Source of the DNA: Octopus bimaculoides
Taxonomy: Eukaryota
Length of the DNA: 64,000 bases
Assembly: GCF_001194135.2 (NCBI RefSeq)
Contig: NC_068986.1
Location: forward strand, 77,567,453-77,631,452
Reading direction: 5' to 3'
Positions within the stretch are counted from its first letter, which is position 1, and the number at the start of each line of letters is the position of its first letter. The translations under genes and the position numbers were made by a program. The notes below the pieces were generated by a model. The model was not told the origin of the DNA. It worked only from the letters and a program-made list of their open reading frames with translations, and made no database searches. This document shows positions 1-12,519 of this stretch, in pieces.

Positions 1-553
1 GCTGTAGAAAATTTGCCATAAAAATTCCATTTGACCCATGCAAGCATAGAAAAGTGGGTATTAAATGATGATGATGATGATGTATTTCCCTTTTTGAAAA
101 TCCTTATCATTTTAAAAGAAGACGTGGCTGATAATTCTAGTAGGTTCTCTCATTGATTCATTGCTGTTGTTGTGACTGTTATTGTAGAATAGCCTATGGT
201 CACCCTGTCACTTTTGCTTAAGTATATTTACAGTAGTGAGAAAGGTAGGTAATCAGAGAATCATTCTACTAAGGACCTCTATACCCACAATGAGAAATAC
301 ATCCTCTGCATTGGTCAGCCTACATTGGTAACCAATGAAAGAGCATAAAATGCCTAAAAAATGGTGGTGAAAGTTTTCAAAACTATCAATTCTCAAGCTG
401 TTTTTATATCTGAAAGTCACATTGAATTAGTTATAATCACCTGAGTAAATAAAGAATATTTTATTAAGTATATAAAAAAATTTAATTACATTTATTATAA
501 AAATGCAATTATAAATATTAAAGTATGAAATGAAATTGTAATCTGACCTTTCA

Positions 554-605
<52 letters not shown>

Positions 606-1262
606 TATATATACATACACACATACATACCTACATACACACAGCACACATACACACACATATATACACACATATATATATGCATATATATACATATATA
701 TATATATATACATACATACATNNNNNNNNNNTACATACACACATATATATATATATATATATACACATACATATATACACATTCTTACATACACATATTA
801 AAAGATCAGTTTACAACTTCATTTCATAATTTAATATTTATAATTACCTGCCTGTCTGTTTCTGTCTGTATCTCTCTTTCTCTATCTATCTATCTATCTG
901 TCTATTAATCAATGTATTTATACAGACCATATAAAATCAGGTGGCATGAGAGGCAAATATATTTATTTAACTATTTGAAATCTGTAGGATTACAGCTGTT
1001 TCACAACCGTCATCATGTAATAATAATTTCAGTGTATAACGAATTATTTTATGTGCCTGCACCAATATGAATGCTACACATTGCATTGTACAGTTGTATA
1101 TTTACAAATCAAGGCAGATATAGAAGGATAGCTCTTCAAATCACCAGAACATAATGGTTACACTAATGCTTTAACACTAATGCAGAGTTTTTTTATAAAT
1201 TCTGTGCAAGTATTTTCTTTTTTACTGATCTTTAGCTTTCTGTTGACATCTGCTGGGCAACT

Positions 1263-2330
1263 ACAGTTCTATATTTAAGAGATGAGGAATTATGTACATT
1301 ATTTACATTATTACATTTGATGGATATTTGTCCTCATCCTCTTCAGGTGTCTTGGGGAAATTTCGAACCTGGGTTCTCATTCCTAAGGTATTTTTCGATG
1401 TTATTATTATTATTGTTCAGGTCACTGCTTGGAATTGAACTCTTAACCACTATGCCATATGGCCGTGGGCAATTGTGGAATGAATTTTAGGGCTTATAAA
1501 TCTAATATTTTTCTATCCTTCCTTAATACCGGTTCCCATATGCTGCTCATACCTGCACTTGGTCTGCTTAGGAGGTTGTTGTGTCCTAGCCTATGTGCTC
1601 CTTCTTTTAGTTTTTGTATTTTCCAGTGATGTTCTCTGTCTATTATTTTAACTTCATCACACAGGGTGATGAAGTTAAAATATCTCCTTCGAGTAAAACC
1701 ACCAATAGAAGAGAATATGACCAAAGACTGCGTGTACTCCATCCCATGCAGCTGTTGGTTATACAAAGGCGAAACATGCCACCCCTTCAAAATAAGGGTA
1801 GACGAACATAGCAAAGCTGTGACATGAGGAGATATTGATAAATTGGGTATAGCTGATCGTGTATGGAAAATGGAGACACCTCCCCTCTGGGATGAAGTTA
1901 AAATAATAGACAGAGAACACCACTGGAAAATACGAAAACTAAAAGAAGCAGCACATATGCTAGGACACAACAACCTCCTTAGCAAACCGTGTGCAGATAT
2001 GAGCAGCATATGGGAACCGGTATTAAGGAAGGATGGGAAAATATTAGATTTATAAACCTTAAAATTCACTCCATAATTGCCCACGGGCAATAGTGGTTAA
2101 GAGCACGAGCTACTAGCCCTAAGATTCCGAGTTCGATTCCAAGCAGTGACCTGAACAATAAAAATAATAATTATAATAATAATAATAATAACATCGTAAA
2201 ATACCTTAGGAATGAGAACCCAGGTTCAAAATTTCCCCAAGACACCTGAAGAAGGCTGGAGGCTATATCAGCCGAAACGTTGTTAACAACAAACAAGATG
2301 AGTGCAAATATCCATCGAATGTAAATAATG
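1263..2330. mobile_element. Penelope-like retroelement fragment (GIY-YIG endonuclease C-terminus) with inverted arm and 12-bp TSD
   Basis: Plus strand about 1675-2055 translates LKYLLRVKPPIEENMTKDCVYSIPCSCWLYKGETCHPFKIRVDEHSKAVT*...WDEVKIIDREHHWKIRKLKEAAHMLG...IWEPVL, with CVY/YKG matching the GIY/YIG motifs and one stop. 1296-1658 is an inverted copy of 1891-2330. Direct repeat tgctgggcaact at 1251-1262 and 2331-2342. Confidence 0.88.
2241..2284 (+). ncRNA. Minimal type I hammerhead-like motif in the Penelope-like arm (stem I degenerate)
   Basis: CTGAAGA 2246-2252, extra A, stem II GGCTG/CAGCC, GAAA 2274-2277, palindromic stem III ACGT, H=T. Only 2 bp of stem I pair in this copy. Confidence 0.6.
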
Positions 2331-3504
2331 TGCTGGGCAACTGATTTCCACTACTGTACATAATTTCTCTTCTCTGTCCCAAATCACTATGTTTACATTT
2401 CATTGAGGTTTTCACTGAGAAGTTCTTACCTTCTTGAGTCATACTGACATATAAGGGCTGGTTTCCCAGTTTCCATGGCATATATATTCTCCACCTGGAC
2501 AGGATGCTGGTTCATCACAGGATTACTCATTTTTGCCAGTTGAGTGGACTGGCGCATAGTGAAATGAAGTGTTTTGCTCAAGAACACAATGTGTCGCCTG
2601 GTCCAAGAATTAAAACCAATCTTACAATCACCCTAACCACTAAATCACAAGCCTCCAATACATTGCAGCATTCCACCAGTACTCTTTCATATTTTGTGTG
2701 GTGAGGGTCTCTACCATATTGTGGGTTCTTATCTCTTTGACCACAGGATTATCCTTTCAATGGATCTCATTATATGGTGTCTTGGTTACAACTTCTTGTC
2801 TCATCAGTAGCAAAAAATCTAGCTGTTTTACAAAAGTACATTAAAATGCTTCAGAGATTTGTTCCTTGGCTCTCTGGTTAACCACCATCTATTCCTCAAT
2901 ACTTCCAGTCACAAATTTACATAGAGAGGTTCTAACCACATAAAGGGTCCTGTCACTATTTAGAAGCTCCCCAATGGAAGTTCATCAGACTGTTGTTTCT
3001 ATTGTTGTTTAATACCAGGTCAGCATAGGCCTGATCCTGTAACCCCTGATCAAAGATGTCCAGTGATGGCAAACCCATCTTTTTTTTTCATTTCAGGTAT
3101 TGGGCATCTAAGAATGCATTGTCTAATGTGTGCCTTTATTTTTCTTTTCATCTTTTGTTTGGGCTGCAGCTCTGTATACACTCTGCCTTGAAGGATTTCT
3201 TTTTTAGTAGATCAAAGCAACCCCTAGTACTTATTTTTCATGTCCACTCTGCTGGGTGTTGGTGTTAGGAAGGGCATCCAGCTGTAAAAACTGTGCCAAA
3301 ACAAACACAGAAGTCTGGTGCAGGCTCCTGCCTGGCCAGCTCCTGTCAAATTGTCCGACCCATGCCGGCATGCACAGCAAATGTTAAACGATGATGATGA
3401 TGATGGTATTTATTCAAGTAGTTACTTTTGCCAAACTGCTAAGTTACAGGGATGTAAACAAACTAACACTGGTGTCAAGCAATATTTGTGTGTTCAAATG
3501 CAAA

Positions 3505-3541
<37 letters not shown>

Positions 3542-3911
3542 ATACACAATGGTGTTTCATGCAATATCCAACTATGAAATTCACTCGCAAGGGTTTGGTC
3601 AGCCCAGGGCTATAGCAGAAAAAAACTTGCCCAAGGTGAACACTGAACTCAAAACCACATGGTTGCAAAGCAAATTTCTTAACCACACTGTCATGACTGC
3701 ACTTATGATAGTGGATTGTTATTTGAGTGAAGTTTAACTTCTACTTCTAGTAACTGAGCAACCATGTAGAGATTCATCATTGAAAATACATGTATTGCTG
3801 AATGTATCACTCAAATATATGGTCATGCAAGTGTACTGATGAAACATGCAAGTGTACTGGCTTCTGATATTGTTCTGACATTATCACTACAATGATATAT
3901 ATGGTGAAAAG

Positions 3912-3946
<35 letters not shown>

Positions 3947-4146
3947 GAGAGAGAGCTCCTCCAGTTATTCTCATCATACATCTATATCAGTTATAATATC
4001 AACTATGTTTGTGGCTGTAAGCAGGATTATTTTTGATCTTCGTAGCTGCCATCTTCATGGTTGGTAAGAAACTATAATCTTTTATGTGAAATATAGATTG
4101 GTAGATAGATAGATAAATAGATAGCTAGATAGATAAACAGATAAAT

Positions 4147-4242
4147 AGATAGACAGATAGATTGATGGATATATAAATAAATAGAGTGATGGGTAGATAG
4201 ATATGTAGATAGACAGACTGACAGACAGACAGACAGACAGAC

Positions 4243-4291
<49 letters not shown>

Positions 4292-4380
4292 TTCAGATAG
4301 CTAGTTAGCTAGCTGGGTAGTAAGTGTGTGTGCTGTGTGGTTGAGATAAAAAGAGTGAGAAAGGGAGATAGAGAGAGAGT

Positions 4381-4436
<56 letters not shown>

Positions 4437-4470
4437 GAGATAGAGAAAGGAGAGAGAGAGTAAAGAGAGA
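4147..4470. repeat. Compound (GATA)n/(GACA)n/(GA)n microsatellite block, one of many such tracts in the window
   Basis: Directly visible. Confidence 0.9.
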
Positions 4471-4583
4471 GACTAAAAGAATGAAAGAAATGTGGATGGG
4501 GAGAGATCCTTATTTATCTATTTAAGTATTTATTTATATGAATGTAAAGTTTGGTTGACTGGTCTAAGCCATATCTGTAATGT

Positions 4584-4619
<36 letters not shown>

Positions 4620-6051
4620 CGTGTGTGCATGCATGTGTATGTGTGTGTATATACATACGTATCTATGTGTAGTTATAAGCTGTCTCTGATCACTGACAAC
4701 AGGAAACAAGGAGTAGGAAAAGAAAAATAAAGAAAATAAATAAGAAAGCACCAAATGAAAATATACAAACGACTAAAAATGATCAAAATGCTCAAAAAAG
4801 ACAACTACAAACATACCAAATAAAATATCTTTTAGAAATACCAACAAAATTATACCTAGTCTTTCCCGAACAAACAAGATGGTATGAAGAAAAGGCCAGT
4901 AAAAGAAAACGTGAACAAAAAACAACAAAAAACAAAACAAAACAAAAAGATATGTAAGAATGTCTTAAAGACATCAGTCAGAAAATAAAGATAGGATCAA
5001 AACAAAGTTAATATTATTAGTGGTAATATATTTGGTTTCTGTAAACTAAATTCTTGAGAAGTGGTGACCTTGGAGTATTTCAAGAGTTAGAGGTAGGAAA
5101 CTAGAGTCATGAACTCAGAATGATGTTCTAATAAGGTTTGATAGTCACCAGGTGTAAGTGACTGAACAATTTCTATTTATTTTATTCCACCTCACCTGTC
5201 CCTATAATTTGATTTTTGACAGAGGCACATGGTTGCTTCAGATATGGAAGATGATAGCAGTTGATTTGATTAATCCTACCAGTTGTCAAGTATCTTATTT
5301 TATTGAGCCTTCACAGAAAGATGAAAGGCAAAGTCGACTTTGGCAAGATTTGAACATAGAACGTAGAAGTAAGAAACTAAAAACTGCAAAGCATTTTGCC
5401 AACCATCCTACTGATTCTGTTAATGTATCATTCTTGATGAAATACACGAGCAAATGAGGTAGAATCTGCATGGTTATTTGATCTGCTAAAAATAATAAAT
5501 AAATCTTTCACATCTGTGCTTAATCAGGGCTAATCTGGAGTTAAGCAATAATAACCAATGAAACTTGGACTACTGAGGAAGCTGCTTTATAATCACTAGA
5601 CATGCTAGAAAAAGTAGCCAAAACGTCCCACAAATTAAACTCTATCATCAGGAAGAGAAAAAACATTAAATAATATGGTGCCATATATCTCTAAAGTGAT
5701 GAAAAAGTCATTACTGGTAATCTTCTGATCATAAGTCTATTCAATCATGATTCATTTGGGTCTAAACAATGATAGCAGCTTCCAATAGAACCTTTAAAAT
5801 ATGATCATCATTGTCTTAATGTCAACTTTCCAGGCTTGCATGGGTTGGAGGGAATTTGTTGAGGCAGATTTTCTATTGCCAGATGACCTCCCTGTTACCC
5901 ACCATCATCTGTTTCCAAGTAAGATAATATCCCTAGCCAGATATGGTTTCATGGAATATTGGAAATGAAAAGCATCACTGTATGGACAGTGAACATTCAT
6001 TCATAGCTATCATATAGTCAAGACAAGAAGACACCAACTCACACAAGCACA

Positions 6052-6101
<50 letters not shown>

Positions 6102-6165
6102 GTACTGTTCCGTGATGGTAAGATCCATAAAAATGTACTCCATCTGGTGAGAGATAAATATTATT

Positions 6166-6343
6166 TAATAAACACAATATATGTTTTTATGTACTACTAT
6201 TAGTTTCATGTGCTGAGAGCATGTCAAACAGTATTTTTTAACATGCCTGGTGTCCTAGCACAATCATCAGGCACAACCCACACAACATGTGGGCAGTGCA
6301 TGCAACTAATAGTAGCACATAAAAACATATATTATGTTTATTA
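6166..6343. mobile_element. Second fold-back relic, carrying the 6190-6275 hammerhead
   Basis: Arms 6166-6213 and 6295-6343 are reverse complements (atatgtttttatgtactactattagtt vs aactaatagtagcacataaaaacatat). Confidence 0.65.
6190..6275 (-). ncRNA. Type I hammerhead ribozyme fold with long stem II
   Basis: Minus strand: TGTGC-CTGATGA-T-TGTGCT..CATGTTAAA..TTTGACATG..AGCACA-T-GAAA-CTA-A-TAGT-A-GTACA. Stem I 5 bp (1 GU), canonical core, stem III ACTA/TAGT, GUA triplet with H at 6195. Confidence 0.75.
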
Positions 6344-6392
6344 AAATATATATATATGTATCTGTAAATAATATGTGACAATTATTCAGTAG

Positions 6393-6460
6393 CCATGATA
6401 AAACTCTGAGTTTCGGATGTCGGGGTGGAAACCCATGCCACCATCTCTTCAGTTATCTGG
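6393..6460 (-). ncRNA. Type I hammerhead fold, left arm of a fold-back element
   Basis: Minus strand: cca-GATAA-CTGAAGA-GATG..CATC-C-GAAA-CTC-A-GAGT-T-TTATC-a-tgg. Stem I GATAA/TTATC, stem III ACTC/GAGT, GUU triplet with H at 6402. Confidence 0.72.
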
Positions 6461-6495
6461 CCATCGAAAAAATTTTCATTGCATTTTTCCGATGA

Positions 6496-6563
6496 CCAGA
6501 TAGCTGAAGATATGGTGGCTTGGGTTTCCGCCCCGACATCTGAAACTCAGAGTTTTATCATGG
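6496..6563 (+). ncRNA. Type I hammerhead fold, right arm of the same fold-back element (more mutated)
   Basis: cca-GATAG-CTGAAGA(6504-6510)-TATG..CATC-T-GAAA-CTCAGAGT-T-TTATC-atgg. The stem II base pair is lost and stem I has a GU pair. Confidence 0.6.
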
Positions 6564-8726
6564 CTACCGAATAATTGTCACATATTATTTACAGATAAAT
6601 TCCTCTATTTACATAATATCGAGGTCTCTTTCTTTTGTTGTCTTACCTTTTCTATCAATATATATATATATATATATATATTGATATACAAGGGTAAGAT
6701 ATATATGTATACATATCTATGTATGTGTATGTGTCTTTGTGTCTTTGTTTGTCCCCCATCACTACTTGACAGCTAGTGTTGGTATGTTTATGTCCCTGTA
6801 ACGTAGTGGTTCAGCAAAAGCACCTGGTTTAAAGGGGGGAAAGGAGTATTGGTGTTAATTAATTTGGCTGAAAATTCATCGCTAGCCACAGTCTAATGAC
6901 TGAAAGAAGTAAAAGATAAAAGATAAAACTAAAAATGCTAGACATTATTTAAGGAAAGAACATTTAAATTTAAAATAAAAACTTTGTGGTTATATAAATA
7001 AGCAAAGAATTCATTTGGTATAAGGGGAAATTATTCAAGTAAACAACTCATTAGTGGGAAAATTACATGGAAAGTGGGAAATTTGAGAATACCATCAATT
7101 CAATTGAACAGACATTTAATTGAAAATATATTTCTCTATTATGGTATGGAGTTTGGTTTGCTATTGTTAATTTTGAAAGATTCTATCAGCAGTATTGAGT
7201 CTCAATTACTGCAACTTCTCATAAGGAATTTAAACCTTGAAGAATTTTGCTAGATGTATAGCAAGAAATTATTCTCATTAAGACAGTTGATTATAATTTC
7301 TATGATATAAGGCTACTCAACTCAATAAATGTCTGATTAAATTCTCAAAGATTCTGTTTATAATGTCAGTCTTTTATCAAAGCTCAATACCTGAATAGAA
7401 AGTATTTGAAAAGATTCAAGAACTGAACTGAAGAGATAGCCATTGAGAATAAATTGCTATATAGCATAGTTTAATATATATAGCTCGTTCTGAATGTAGG
7501 ACCTGCATAAGTGGACCTTGCTCTCTCAATTAAGTATTAATTACATATCAAGACTGGCTCAATTATCTACAACTTCTCATCCTAGTCAAAACAAATATTC
7601 TAACAGTCAGCAAAGAAAAAAACAGAACAAAAAATAAAACGTGAGAAAAAAAAAAGACAGTGAGTTTGATTTTGATATATTAAAATTGGAAAATTGTTCC
7701 CTAGCTAGTCTTGATCAAGAATAAAATGAATTGCAGGTTTTAGCAGCATTTCTTCCAACTTTGTGCTCTGAGTTCAAATGCTGCTGAGGCTGACTTTGCT
7801 TTCCATGTTTCCAGGGTCGATAAGCTAAGTACCAGTTGAACACTGGGGATCAAAAACTTTCCCTCCCTTTGAGAGTGATGGCCTTGTGCCAAAATTAGAA
7901 AGAATATTACATGTAAGTTTTATGTCTTTAACCATCATTTCTAATTTTATAGTTTAATATGTATTTAGTGTCAGAAAAGAAATATATACATATGAATTAT
8001 CTTTCATCTTTTACTTGTTTTAGTCATTAGACTGCAGCCATTCTGGGGCATCACTTTGAAGACCTTTTAGTTGAATGAATCAACCCCAGTACTTTTTTTA
8101 AGCCTGGTACTAATTCTAGTGGCCTTTTTTGCTGAACTGCTAAGTTATGGAGATATAAACAGACTAATACCAGTTGTTGAGTGGTAGTGGGGGACAAATA
8201 CACACACAAACACAAACACACACACACACACACACACACATATGTGACAGGCTTCTTCCAGTTTCCATTAACCAAATCCACTCACAAGGCTTTGGTTGGC
8301 CTGAGGCTATAGTAGAAGACATTTTTACCCAAAGTGCCATGCAGTGGTACTGAACCCAGAACCATGTGGTTGGGAAGCAAATTTCTTATCAAACAGCCAA
8401 GCCTTGAAGTAAATTTTATATTAGCATCATTTTGTTATTTAACTTTTCAAATGAATGGTGTTTATGTTCCAGGTCGATGGAATAAAAAATAAAACAAAAC
8501 CAAAAACATTAGTCTGCATGTTTGTCTGGGGTTGAAATAATGAGTTGGCCCAACTACGGTCTTGGCCTCATCTCATCCAGTCCATCTGTCTTATTGAATG
8601 TATGACATAGTATATAAAAATTCTTTGTTTGCCTTATCTATCTTTAATAAGTAAACAATGAAGTTCAGTATGAAAAATAGAGAGAATGTCTCATGTTTTC
8701 AGTGGCATTGAATCATTGTTTCATAT

Positions 8727-8795
<69 letters not shown>

Positions 8796-9464
8796 NNNNN
8801 NNNNNNNNNNNNNNNNNNNNNNNNNNNNNNNNNNNNNNNNNNNNNNNNNNNNNNNNNNNNNNNNNNNNNNNNNNNNNNNNNNNNNNNNNNNNNNNNNNNN
8901 NNNNNNNNNNNNNNNNNNNNNNNNNNNNNNNNNNNNNNNNNNNNNNNNNNNNNNNNNNNNNNNNNNNNNNNNNNNNNNNNNNNNNNNNNNNNNNNNNNNN
9001 NNNNNNNNNNNNNNNNNNNNNNNNNNNNNNNNNNNNNNNNNNNNNNNNNNNNNNNNNNNNNNNNNNNNNNNNNNNNNNNNNNNNNNNNNNNNNNNNNNNN
9101 NNNNNNNNNNNNNNNNNNNNNNNNNNNNNNNNNNNNNNNNNNNNNNNNNNNNNNNNNNNNNNNNNNNNNNNNNNNNNNNNNNNNNNNNNNNNNNNNNNNN
9201 NNNNNNNNNNNNNNNNNNNNNNNNNNNNNNNNNNNNNNNNNNNNNNNNNNNNNNNNNNNNNNNNNNNNNNNNNNNNNNNNNNNNNNNNNNNNNNNNNNNN
9301 NNNNNNNNNNNNNNNNNNNNNNNNNNNNNNNNNNNNNNNNNNNNNNNNNNNNNNNNNNNNNNNNNNNNNNNNNNNNNNNNNNNNNNNNNNNNNNNNNNNN
9401 NNNNNNNNNNNNATATATCTACATATATATGTATTGGAAGGTTTGGAGGTGATGTACAAGAATT

Positions 9465-9710
9465 ATATATTAGAAAAAATAATAAGGTAGTCAGATATCT
9501 GGATGGTTGTACATTTACAGATTTTTGATAATGTCACATGTTTTACAAATATTAGCGCTTGCACCTATTCTTGTAGGTTCTTCAAATATGAAGAACCTAC
9601 AAGAATAGGTGCAAGCACTAATATTTATAAAACATGTGACATAGTAATAAAAATCTGTAAATGTACAACCATCTAGATATCTGACTACCTTATTATTTTT
9701 CTGATATATA
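9465..9710. repeat. Near-perfect palindrome of about 245 bp (fold-back) with degenerate hammerhead-like motif at the centre
   Basis: Arms 9465-9583 and 9588-9710, loop aata. Each arm reads TGAAGA-ACCTA-caagaa-TAGGT-GCA-AGC(G/A)CT-A-ATATTT. Confidence 0.8.
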
Positions 9711-10044
9711 TTTATATGTACTACATGTACTTTTATTTAGTGCAAACCTTGTAATTACAAAATAAAAAAAGTATTTTGGAAAGGACTGTTATTATAGCTA
9801 GAAGGGTAACATTTAACAAAACAACATTGAAACTGAATGCCTGCTTTAAAAGGTTGACTGACATGTCAATGAAATGAATGTTCATGCAGAAAAAGGAAAG
9901 AAAAACAAACTATAAGACAAAATAACTGAAGAAAAGTAAACAAAATCCAAATATTGTGAAACCAGAACCTGTGTTGAGGTTGGTTGGTTTATGTAATTCT
10001 TTTTTAGCCAGAAGAAAAGTAGCTCATCATAGACGATGTTGGTT

Positions 10045-10233
10045 TATGAGGGGTTGATGAAAAGATCCTGGCTTTGGGTAAAATAAAATACAGGAAGATC
10101 AGTTAATTATGATTTTATTCAACATATTCCCTTCTCAGATTCACGTACTTATTGCAGCAGTCTTTCAGTTTTTCTAAGCCCTGTAAAAGAACCAGGCCTT
10201 TCGCAATACTCTTAACTTTCAGCACCCCTCATA
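10045..10233. mobile_element. Mariner-type MITE of about 190 bp
   Basis: Imperfect TIRs tatgaggggttgatgaaa and ctttcagcacccctcata, with TA at both ends. Confidence 0.6.
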
Positions 10234-11706
10234 GATAAATAAAAAATATAAAAATGGTATTGTTTCTTTGATCTTTATATACCTGGCAATAAAATGAGAA
10301 TGAAACTAAAGATGTATCCTGACAACTGATCTACCATATGTTATGGCATATAAAATGCATTCCTCACCCATAAATATCTTAAAGAATCATTCCATGTCCT
10401 ATGTGCAAAGTTGAGCTTATATCACATGCTTTAATGTTCTTAAAACTTTGTTTCCTGAATATGCGCTGCTGAAATTGGGGTTGTCTAATACGCCCATGTG
10501 TCTTATATGCCCTCATGATTATGTGATTGTGATCGACCAGACTATCAGATGTTGTTATACATCGCTGGTCACAATGCACTTTGCACTGTTTTAGCTTTTG
10601 AATGATGTCACCCCACTGGCTAGACAAGCAGGCTAACATTCTCCCTAATTGGAAAGCTAGTCCCTCACAGGGTTACCTATTCACAGCCGAGTGAACTGGA
10701 GTAACGTGAAATGAAGTGTTTTGCTCAAGAACACAATGCACTGCTCAGCCTAGGAATTGAACCCATGATTAAGCAATTGTGAGTGCAACACCCTTAACTA
10801 CTAGGCCATGTGTCTTCACACACACACACACACACCTGGCAATAAAATTGGCATGTTAAATGATGAGGAAAACTGAATATGTGTCCTGGCAAAAATCATG
10901 CATAAAAACGTGTTGCTTACAGTTTAATTTCAATAATTGCAAAGAAAAGAAAGAATGAAAAAATATTGAAAGAAAAAAACCAAGCTGAAAAGAAAACAAA
11001 CGTAAAAGAAAGAATCAAAAATAAAACAAAATGAGTGGGAGAGAAAGAAGAAAAAGTAAAGAGAAGAAAATGTTAAAAAAGAGAGAAAAATAAAAGAGAG
11101 AAAGAGACTGAGAGAAAAAGCAACAGTGGAGAGAGAAAGGGAGACATAAGCAAACAAAGAGCAAGAGAGAGAGAGAGATGATGAGTGGTGCCAATAAAAT
11201 TTTATCATAGTTAGCTAATAATAATTTTAAAAATTCTAATAGGAAACATGGGATGAAATTAAAATTAAAGAAAGTTGTCTCCTTTTAATTTTAAATGGTG
11301 CTAATGTTTGAGAGAAACAATTTATGTATATGTATGTGTGTGCTGTTTCCCTCTAAAATCCAATGACTAACACATACACACATATACACATATATATGAG
11401 AGAAAGATGGACAGTTAATGATTGAGAGTTGGGAAAATATTTGATGAAATAGGAGAAATTTAAGAAGAGTGAAGTGGGAGAAATTGGTAAGAGAAAAGGG
11501 ATGGGTGGCAGAAAGTAAAGTTATATATANNNNNNNNNNNNNNNNNNNNNNNNNNNNNNNNNNNNNNNNNNNNNNNNNNNNNNNNNNNNNNNNNNNNNNN
11601 NNNNNNNNNNNNNNNNNNNNNNNNNNNNNNNNNNNNNNNNNNNNNNNNNNNNNNNNNNNNNNNNNNNNNNNNNNNNNNNNNNNNNNNNNNNNNNNNNNNN
11701 NNNNNN

Positions 11707-11774
<68 letters not shown>

Positions 11775-12402
11775 GAGAAGAGTAAATGGAAGTAGGATAA
11801 ACAAAACAGGAAAGAGTCTATCAAAAGAAGAAAAAAAAATGAAGACAGCTGAATAAGATGAGATGGTAAGAATCCCAACATCAAAAACACCAAAACTTTT
11901 GGTTGCAACAAAATGTGTGTAATGACTGAGATACATAAACTTGGTTTTGTTAAAAAAAAAAAAGGAAAGAAATATTGTTTATTGCAATTAATTATGGTTG
12001 TTAGAACCATTAGTAATGCCAAATAAACAGAGAATTGATGGGAAAATGGCACAATATGATGGGAATGGTAAACAGGAATAACATCTGTTGCCATGGAGCA
12101 AATGAGTAAGATATAGAATTAACTGTTAATTATACAAACAACTGGATTAGCTAAAAATGTCGGTATTATAGCTAATAGGGCTGTAGGTAGATTGAAACGT
12201 TATCATTTGTAGACTAATTAGTGAGCTGAAGCTTATGTACTAAAACACACACACACACACACACACTAACATACATGGAGGTGTGTGTACACACACACAC
12301 ACATTGCATCAATAAGAAAGTCATATACACATAACAATGGGCTTTATTCTTTTTTTTGATGTGCAGCATTAAAGTGCTGAAGCATATACATACATATTCA
12401 CT

Positions 12403-12519
<117 letters not shown>

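Larger units (their letters stand above)
6360..6660. mobile_element. Fold-back (inverted-arm) retroelement relic between (TA)n tracts, probably Penelope-derived
   Basis: Arms 6360-6472 and 6484-6596 are near-perfect reverse complements with an 11-nt loop. The right side continues about 60 nt into (TA)n. Each arm carries a hammerhead fold. Confidence 0.7.
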
